Of a DNA stretch of 33,429 nt, positions 1-10,200 are shown one piece after another. The notes below the pieces were generated by a model. It worked only from the letters and a program-made list of their open reading frames with translations. It did not search any database and was not told where the DNA came from. The first letter of the stretch is position 1. The number at the start of each line of letters is the position of its first letter. The stretch is from the NCBI GenBank assembly GCA_002269645.1, contig NIVC01003627.1, forward strand, positions 1-33,429. Direction: 5' to 3'. The position numbers were made by a program, and so were the translations under genes. Source of the DNA: Macrostomum lignano. Its lineage: Eukaryota.

Positions 1-412
1 CCCCAACGCACAGAGAGTGTACACGACGGACGATTAGAAAGTCGAGTCCGCTGTAAAACCTTGTGAGGAAGCAATGCTTAAATTGCCAATTTCAGGCTGT
101 CAGCCGCAGCCAGTCACTACTGCATCAACGGCCTGACTCAGCGAATCGAGTTGGACAATTTCTATCATAGGACGAGACGCTGATTCCCACCGGTCAGCCA
201 GACGGTGCGGCGACGGCCAACTAAGCGTAGAGCTTGTCGTTGGTTGATTTATCTACGGATCAGTGACGGGGAAACTGCTGACTCAGTTAAACACCTCCTT
301 GTGCTTGAAGGCCTTCCTACAGCCCTCAGCCGGTTAGACCGAGCAGCAGCAGCTCTAACGGCTCAGTCGATGCCTCAATGATTGTCCGAGGCGACAGTTT
401 ACCTAATGGGAA

Positions 413-800
<388 letters not shown>

Positions 801-949
801 ACTATTCATTAATCGGCCACACGTGTTTGCAAATGCATTTCCTACTTTCATAATCCCTTCAAAGGAAGCCTCTCACTGTGACAATCGTTTGGAATCCAAA
901 AGTCCAACAAAGGCAGCCAGCATCTTTGAGGATTGCGATACCCTGCGCA

Positions 950-2000
950 ATTACTGCGCAACCAGAATGCTCAGCTTTAATGGCAGCTGCTACTCAATCA
1001 GCGAGTTGAAGGCCAGCCTAATTGGATCTGTATCAAAACTTGGAGGCACAGCCCAGCTAGCAAGCTTCAACAGCGTCAAAGAAGTTGAGGAGTTGTTCGC
1101 GGCGAGTAAGTTTGGTATATTTTGCCTGCGACAGTTGTGGGCCTCATTGTTTCGGGCCAAAGGGCTAATGCGATTGATTGCATGTTTGGTCTCCAAATTG
1201 CTTTCCAGATAATGCCAAATGAAGATTTTTCCCTACGACGGCCACTCGACTTTCATAAGCCGGTGCGCATTGAATGGTTTCAGAGCGTCGCTGCAAGGCA
1301 AACCATTGAGCCGTTGGCATTACGTTCCGACGACGCGTGTTTAGCGAAATCAATTACTCGCAAAAACGCTTCATCGGCTACTATTGATAGTAACACGTGA
1401 GTCACGCATATCAGATGTATATGGCTTTGCGAGGGAGGTTTTGACTCAACTATTTTTATCAGAGGCAAGGAGGCTATTTGGACCCTGGTGACTTTAAGCG
1501 ACATTGTCACACAACCGGCGAGAGGCATGCTGCCCATTCCGCGACTCCCCTGAGCAGGCACACAAGCGCGCGGATACGTACGCAGTCATACGCACAGGCA
1601 CACACTCACACAGGAGTGTACAGCGGCCCTACTTTATTTATCGTTAGGCTGGCCCTCAAGGCTTTAATGGGACCGTTAACCGCAACGTGCTAAACTTTGG
1701 GCTACGGCCCTCTTAAATCGATCAACTTAAGTATTTATCTTTTGCTAGCTTTTTGTTGTCCTCTTAGCTACTACTAAGATACTACTGATGTATACAATAC
1801 TACTTATGTATACTGCTAGCTGCATAAAAATTTATAAAACTGAAACTCCAGAACTCACGGACACGGCTGCCCTGCAGGGTTATCAGGTGTGGCTATTTAA
1901 ACAAACTCTCCAAAAGACGTACTCGACAACAGCTGGTGGTGGTGACGTCTTACACTTCGACGACTGCAACATTAAAATGCGTTTTCTTATAAAATTTGAG
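950..2000 (+). pseudogene. Possible decayed C-type-lectin-like gene fragments
   Basis: CATRMLSFNGSCYSIS...KLGGTAQLASFNSVKEVEEL resembles a CTLD N-terminus and FDDCNIKMRFLIKF a CTLD C-terminus; splice-like sites are present, but key Cys/Trp are missing and phases do not join. Confidence 0.3.
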
Positions 2001-4022
2001 TTTTCGGAACAGCTGTATGCGACTAAGTTAGATAGAGGAAATCAGTCCCAAGGATCGTCAGCTGTTGACAGATATTGTGTCATTGCTCAGCGGACGTGTC
2101 CCAGGGCTCCGTTGCAAAATCGAGCAGTATTGTTAGCCACTACGGTTGAGACGATAAAAAGTTTACTGTTGCTTTTAACTTTCTGCCACGTTTTGTTCAG
2201 TAATTTTATCTAGATAATGGGAATGTGATTAACTTAAAATCATTTTCCTTGAAAATCAATAAATTGATAATTACAATATGATCTGAGATGGAATTCGGTT
2301 GTGTGTACCACGACTAAAATCCAGTTTTTTGGACAACAGCTTTGAAAGTTGGGATTTTGTGGATTTTTATGTTTAGAAGAATGTTGACCGACTGTATTTT
2401 TGGCTCAAATTCATTTCCACAGGCTACCTCACAGATTCTGAATACATTGGAAGGTTCACTTAACACTTTAGGCATCAAGTTGCACTTGCCACTCTCTGTT
2501 GCTTTTTTCGCTCATACTACCGAAAGGAGAGTACAGTCTTGCTAAATGTGGTTGAGTAGTGAAACAACCAGTGTATTTAGCATCTGTGATTCTGCCTACT
2601 GGCTTATAGACTTTTGTAATCGACTGTACATGTTTTTATTTCTTTTATTTAAGGTATACAAAAAAATACAAAAAGCTTAACAATGAAAACATTTGCTGCC
2701 TTCTTGCGTCATTGGGTAAAATACTTTATCCTTTGCTGTGAGGTTTTTACCGGTAAAACACAAAGATTTATCCAAGATTTCCTGTCTCAGAGAATGAGTT
2801 GTCGGTGCGCTTTACTGCTCCAAGGACAACTAATTATATCTTAGAATGATGATAATATGATAGCCGCAGTTTTTGCTATAATTTCTACTGCATGGGCATC
2901 TATGACCCCTTCTTGTTTAGATGAAATTGTCTCTGTTTAATCGCTTGGAGTTTGCGTCACAACGTGCTGTTGTAACATGAATTTTTATTTTTACAATAGC
3001 TTTTTAATTTTAACCGTCTTATCAAGGTCTTCTAGGAACATCAATTCTTTTGTGGTTATATTCGTCCCCAAAGCTTCAGGAAAGTTTTAAGAAATTATCG
3101 CGCAATAAATTTGCATCTTTTTCAAGAAAGCCGTTTTAAAACGTAGCGCGTACGGAGGCTTTCTAATATTAGAATATTTTCGATGCATATCGGTGTAATA
3201 TTCTTTATTTTCTAAACAAATTCAAACCTCACTATTAAAAATTAAAAGAAACAATAAAAATATATATGCGATCCGGTTAGACAGGCGTCAGTGCTTCTTA
3301 GGATTGTACTGGACACAATTACTGATGTATAAAAAATTATTTTATCAAAGGAATAAATTCTGACAAAAGGAAAAGTTTGCAAGCGAGAGGCTATTTAAAC
3401 TATTATCTATCGCGTTGCATTAAAAATTAATTGTTCCTTCAAGTAAATCTTAACAAATTAATAAATATACTGTCAAAAAATAGGAACTACAATAGTAAGG
3501 TAAGGGTAGTTAACTACAGGTAAGAATATTATTAGTTTAGTAGCACAAGGTGCAACTCCCAAGCTGCTGGTTTCGAATTGAGGAAGATTTGAACATCATT
3601 GAGCTTGTAATACGTATAATCTAACTTGTGGATAGGAAGAAAAGGTAAGAATTAGACAAAGGCACATCAATGTACATGTACATCAATCACAGTTCGGCCC
3701 CCGGAAGATCAAAATGTCGCATTCAAAAATATGTGTAAGGTAAAAATAGAATAATGGGTAAATTTTTCGATATTTTAACATCGAGATTCGAGGAATTGAT
3801 CAATAGTTATCTTAGTCGAACAAAACATACACACTTAGATCACTTGCAAGTCAGTGAAACCTTCAGAATCTTTGAAGATTTTAAGCAAATATCCATGGCA
3901 TTTCTGTAGTTGAGCCTGGTAGTTTTTAGTTATAAATCGTTTGAACAAAGTAGAAGTTCACGTGTTCTTTAAAAAGACAGAGTCAGCAAAAATACACACG
4001 CAAGAGTTAATTTTTCAGAGAC

Positions 4023-4253
4023 TCAGAACAGCGGCACCTGCTCCTTCTTGCACATCAGCGGAGCCAGCTTAATCGGCGAGCTCACTCCAGTGTGCTCCAT
4101 TCGCATATTTTCACGGATATAATTCTTCACTCGGCCGCTGCGCACGATCGGATTGGGGTGGGGACCGCTGACCGGCGGCAGGGAGCGGCCCTGGGGCGGC
4201 TGGTATTCCGGAATCTCGCCAACGATGATGTATGTCCATTCCATGTCGTCAGT
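4023..4253 (-). CDS. CFAP47: CFAP47 terminal coding exon 22 (TDDMEWTY...QVPLF*)
   Basis: TTGCAG| phase 0; NYIREN..TGVSSPIK.APL matches the recalled CFAP47 C-terminus; TGA at 4025-4023. Confidence 0.9.
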   Translation of the reverse strand, partial: TDDMEWTYIIVGEIPEYQPPQGRSLPPVSGPHPNPIVRSGRVKNYIRENMRMEHTGVSSPIKLAPLMCKKEQVPLF

Positions 4254-7200
4254 CTGCAATTGTTGATAGAGCGCTTTAGTTTGGCAATAGAATCATCATA
4301 ATGAATGTCGGTGTACATGTAGGTTGCAACTTGCAACTCTTCAACCGGGGTTGCACCGAGAAAGCAGCGTATTTACAAGTACGAAATAGTTGCTGTGTAA
4401 GAAACAGCTTAGCGACCTTCCTTTGTATGTGAAGTCTTTCGCTAGACATATATGTACAGTGCTAAATTCCCACATTGGTAACAATTTAATTTTAATGTGT
4501 GATTTTAAGTTCAAAATGCGTCACACACCTACCGTATAGAAACTACAGTGGCGTACGCAGGAGTTTTACATTGTAAGTACATAGGAGGGGGTTGTGCAAC
4601 CCCAAGGGGCTTCAATACTTGGTGTCTTTGTGAGCACCCCTGCCTCATGGTGGGCGTCCCTGTCTTTTGGTGGGCGTTCCTGTCTCTTGGTTGGCGCCCC
4701 TGTCTCTTGGTGGGCGCCCCTGTCTTTTGGTGGGCGTCCCTCTCTCTGGGCGGGCGCCACTGTCTCTTGAGTTAGCGCGTTTCTTAGGCCTTTACGTTAC
4801 TGTCCTAATAACCAGTACTTAAATTCCCATTCACATTACTCACACACAGTTCGGGTCGCTAACATGAAATAAAAATTCCAAACGTAGTGTCGTTCATACG
4901 ACTTTTCGTCGTCGTGATATTTCAGTCTAATTGAGAGGCCAGTGTGATATTATTCGCGAAAAACAACCAGCCAAAAACTCACTCGAATCACCAGACGGAC
5001 TCGCTTCGGCTTGCCGTAATAAGACGGCAAGAAAGTGACGGTGAACGGCAGGCCGTCCGTGCCGTGCGGCGGCAGCTCGCCCGACTGTGGCTCAACGTGG
5101 AAGTCGCCAGAGTCGTGGTTCTCCTCGAAGTAGGCTCGGAACTTCACTGGGTGACTGCATGGGGAAAAGCAGGACAATAATTATTAACTTCAATGAAACA
5201 AAATTTTCGTAGGTAATAGTCATTCAAGCCCATTTAACTAATGAGCTCAGGAGAAGAGGAGATGCAGCAGAGTTTGTATAACTCAACTAATAGCGGTTAC
5301 AGCGTGAGGGTACTTGAGTGGCGACCCCCTCCCCCTGAAATCCTTGGACTAAATAGCCGTTCGCAGCCTTCAGATGCGCCGCGTAATAGCTGCGGTTGAG
5401 CTGTCGGTTGCACATCTGCCCAATTAGAGCAGGTGTAATCAATTTTGATTAGCAGAGCTTGACTTTTCGCTAAAATTTACATGTGGTTCTATTCCCGTGG
5501 TTCAAATCCAAGCGCAGCCATCTTAACTTGTGCGATAGAGACCGCTAGCTCAGCTCAGGGGCCAGAGATGGACATGACTATCGATTGTCATCTTAACTTG
5601 TGCGATAGAGACCGCTAGCTCAGCTCAGGGGCCAGAGATGGACATGACTATCGATTGTCATCTTAACTTGTGCGATAGAGACCGCTAGCTCAGCTCAGGG
5701 GCCAGAGATGGACATGACTATCGATTGTCATCTTAACTTGTGCGATAGAGACCGCTAGCTCAGCTCAGGAGCCAGCGATGGACATGACTATCGATTGTCA
5801 TCTTAACTTGTGCGATAGAGACCGCTAGCTCAGCTCAGGAGCCAGCGATGGACATGACTATCGATTGTCATCTTAACTAAAAATTGAGATTCGCAGAATC
5901 TGTTCATATGGATAACTGGTCACCCAGAACTCACAGTTCCTTGCTAGTCAGTCGGAACATCACTTTACTAGCTCTGTCCAATCCAGCCGCGTTAATAGTG
6001 ATGACGTCATCCGGTTCGGGATCCGTGCTCTCCACCGTGAGCGGATAGCGCCAAAAACCGCCAGCGTTAGACTTGATTACCAGGTGCGTCTTGACTCGGA
6101 AGGTTTTGTACGGCTGCAGCCGGAGCGCGAAGGTGAGCACCACCATGCCGGTGCGAGAGTCGCGCACCTGGCGGAGCAGTTCAAGCTTCACGCTCTGCGA
6201 CAACAATCCCGCCAAACTGTCGTCCAGAGACACCAGGCCAAAGGTGAACGGCTCAGGCACGTCGGCGGCTTCTTCGACACCAGCTGGGAGGGCTGGCTGG
6301 TTGCCAGCCGGAGTTCGAGTCCTTGCGCGGATCAGCGTCTGCAAGGAAGGGTATGCAAGCGTTGAATAGGACTACTATTTAGTGCGAGCTATACAGTAGA
6401 AGATTACCATGCACTTAGAATCGGCTAGAGGCTTATTCTCCGTCCGAAAATACGTTGGACTCATCGCATTAAGCGACAATTGGCCGTACGAATACGAATA
6501 AACTAAGCAAAAACTGGATTTGAGGACTCTTCCCTCTCTCCCCTCTTTCCTCCCTGTGCCTTAGATCTCGCCCTCTTTTTTGACGTCGCTTTGACGAATA
6601 AAAACAGAGTTTTAGCTTAGCTTAGCTCAGTTTGATATCAATCATAAATAGATAAGCCTAGCAGACACTGAGCGAGGATTACTTCGTAATGCAACATCTG
6701 TGTCATCCTAAGGAGGAGGAGGAGGAGGAGGAGGAGGAGGAGGAGGAGGATGAGGAGGAGGAGGAGGATTAGTTCTAGGAGCTTCCAGAGGTCAGGGGGC
6801 TCACCTGCGGCGCCCCCGGGGTCGGAGGCCAGGAGGGAGGAGCCAAACCTCCAGCCGGGAGGAGGGAGGACGGAGGAGGCCGGACGACACCGCGGCCGGC
6901 ACCTCCGGCGGCGGGCACCTCCGGCCGGTCCGCTTTGTTCTCCGGCACGCCGACAACGCGGAATCGCCAGCGAATTTCGGCGATGCCACCGCTGTCGGAT
7001 CGCGGCAGTGCTTTCGGCTCGTCCGGGCAATAATGCCAGCCTTTGCCGTCGCGTCGGCGCATGATCACCACGCAGACGGCCTCGTGCTGTTGCATGTTCT
7101 CGGGCGCGAAGCTGACAGGAATGTCCAATCGAGCCTTGGGTTCCAGGCGGATTTTCTTGCAGTGCTTCAACAGCAGGCAGAACGGGGAGTTCTCGAGCTC

Positions 7201-10200
7201 TTTGATGCCGTCGTTGGTTGACTTGCCGCTGTCTGTCAGCAGGATGTCGCACATGACGGGCACTCCAGCGGATTGTGGAACGGAATAATCAGCGTGGAAT
7301 TGCGCCGGCTGGAGCCGTGATGGCGACGGATTCTGGGCCGAGCGGCATCAGGCCTGAGCCGTTCTTCGAAGATCACTCTTTGGTTTGTCTGTAGCATGTC
7401 GGTAGTAAAGTTGTGGAAATTGCATAAACTTTTGTGTGTAAAAAAATCGAGTCTGCATCAAGTCTCAATGCATAGTGCGAGTATAGTCATCTGAAACGCT
7501 TAGCTAAAGCAATAGAATTTGGTAGGTAAGTCTTTAATAATGTGGTGTTGTGATCTAATGTATTGGCTCGTACTGTACTTTTTCACCTCCCCTGTCCCTT
7601 TCGTGCCCACTCATGTTGAGCCCCTCCTCCACTTTAGCGATGTTAGCCTCCTCCACCCTTCCACATAAAAAGTCAAATATATAACGTTATTCGTGGTTGC
7701 GTGAGGCCGCCTAGATGATTGTTGGCCGTATAGTGTGCCAAATAGACACCAAATAAATCCCGGCTTTGTTCTTGAGCTTAATGCTCTTTAACGAAGACTT
7801 AGCTTCATTGTCGCATCAACTTCAAACAAGTCTCTCGAAACATGATAGACAAACCGGCGAACTCACCGGAGTGAAACGTGATGCGACAGGCGTGATCGGC
7901 AAATCCCAAATCCGATGGCGTGAACCGCAGGTTCAGCGTGACGGATCCGCCCGCCGGGATGTGGACCTCGCTGTCGGTAATTTCCAGGCCGAAATTGTTG
8001 GCGTTTGACAGTTGCGGTCTGAGCACGATTGGCGCGGAGCTGGGATTCTCAAGCGTCATCTCCTGGCAGACGTGCTGGCCTAGCTCGCACTCCATCGGCT
8101 CCAGCACGGTGAGCGGAGGCGGAGTGGCGTGCAAGTTGAGCTCGTACCAGAATTCACCAGCCTCACTATTAAAGAAGATTACAGAGCCGATTGTATCCTC
8201 AACCAGGGCTGGGGAGAAGGCCAGGCGGTAGGTCACTTCCTGCAATTGGTGAGGTCAACATTTCATGGAATAAAACTTCTCTGGTTGCCACTCCAGTTAA
8301 TGACTACGTTATTATCAAGCTAAAAGTGTTCTATTCCTAATAATTTAGTAGTCCCTGGTGTCGACGCCTCTTACCTCGGCCGGCGCCAAACGCAGCACTT
8401 TTTCGCCGCTGAGGGACTCGCCGCGAATTTCTGCGTCCAACTCGATCTCCTTGTCGGTCAGGGGATTCCTGACGGTGAATTCCACTTCGCAGGTTCGATA
8501 GCACGGGCATGTGACGTCGAGACGGCCCATTGGCTCTCCCGGAGCCACGCTGAGCTCCATGCTGTACCAAACTCGGTGCTCAGTGCTCGGATTGTCGTCG
8601 ACTGGTGGCAGCTCTTCGCCATCGGAGTCGTAGTCGACTAGGCGGTCCTTGTCGGCTACGAAAGCAATTACGCCTGGTGACAAGTGGTACAGTGTTTTTA
8701 GCAATAGTGAAGGTTTTTATCACATGACAGTGGTCGCTAAATGTAAACTAAATGTAAATTAAAAATAAGAGCGGAATGAATGAGCTTCATTTTGACAAAG
8801 TCATGGCATCATGTCTAGTCTATTTACTCTTGCATTAAATTCATTGTTCAGTGTGCCAAAGCGAAAATGTCGTTTGTCGTTGATCACTCTGGAGCAATAT
8901 TTTACATTGGAATAGCTGAATGCTAACAATTCAAATAAAGTAACCAACCAATATGCAGATTTACATGGATTAATTCTCGCTCATAATCTTGTTAACTTAG
9001 CAAGTAGCAGCGCTCTGTTTGAATAAGGATAAACTTGATGAGCAAATAACTAGCTAATGGAATCAAATAAAGCTCATAGAAGGCAAGGTTGAGTTGATTG
9101 GGATATCTGCCGGTAGAACTGACTGAACAGAATCAGGCCCACCATTGCTTGAAAATGAAGCACTTCTTTTAGGTTGGACCAGCTTCAGCTACTGGCAGCT
9201 GGACGCCCAAGCCTGAGAACGCTCACAACGACATCGGTAGCTTCGTAAACGAGAGGCAGTGGCCGCTTCTTATCAAGTGTCTGCTATCAGATGACGATAC
9301 AGCTCTGCGCGGCTTCGCTGATCGGCTGGGAGATGATGCATGGCGCAAGTTCCTGAAGAGCTGGGACACAACAAGCAAGATGCGTCACTGCGGCCAAGAA
9401 TATCGGCGCACTCAGTTTGGCAATTTCGTCGTACCGAGAACTCACCCGTACCCAACCAACGTATTCCTGATGGCCATCATGTTTAACGCAAGGCGCTGCT
9501 GCCAGCTAATTAAGCATTCGGCTTCAGATTTGGACCTTGCCGAAATCACCGAGTTCGATTTTAATGGCTATCACGTCCTCTTCCTTGGACTAGACGTCAT
9601 CTGGCCGGTCGACGCACTGGAGCATCTTAACAACGAGATGGATTACATGCGCTTCTTCCTGGCCGAGTTGTTTACGTCAGACCAGGTGGATCGAATGTCT
9701 CATGCTATGAACTGCATTGGCATGCGACCGCTGGATTGGGGCGTATTCCGCGGCAAAGTTCTTGTGGTTGAGAAATTAATGTACCTGTCGCATACTCTGG
9801 ACAGTAAGGCCAAAGTCGCCGGAGTGATGGAGCATGTTCAGGTGGACCTGTCATTCTCTGTTAGCACCTCGCCGACGAGAAGCCTCACTGCGCTGTCCAT
9901 CATGAACGATCTGTACGGAGAGACCAACCTAGCGAATCTCAAAACCATCGGTATTTTCCGCCGACCTTTGCTAATCGCCCCATGGATTGATGCGCTGTTC
10001 CGGCGCAACACCTGGCTCCTAGTTGTGTACTTCGTTGAAAGGATTCTGCACTGCAGCCTGACGCTTATCTTCTTTGACTACGAGGTTGGCGACTACATGG
10101 TTGAGAGGTGCAACAATAGCAATGGACAGCGATTACCGACAGGATTTCTGGTGATCGTTGGCTACAGTTTGTTTGCAAGCACCTGGCAGGCTGTCATTAG

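Noticed and set aside
2250-2465. Minus-strand frame that is open for about 70 codons if TGA is read as Trp (possible NUMT or mollicute insert)
   Set aside because: Short, bounded by TAA, with no resemblance to mitochondrial or bacterial proteins; the plus strand looks more coding-like.
5519-5878. 70-bp array as a CRISPR array or tRNA/SINE cluster (TAGCTCAG A-box-like motif in each unit, GGTTCAAATCC B-box-like motif at 5499)
   Set aside because: Units are near-identical with no unique spacers; eukaryotic intron; the B-box precedes the A-box-like motifs and no cloverleaf can be built.
6638-7252. 204-aa minus-strand ORF with a poly-Leu hydrophobic tail
   Set aside because: Alternate frame of exon 19 running into the (GGA)n tract; poly-Leu is (CTC)n.
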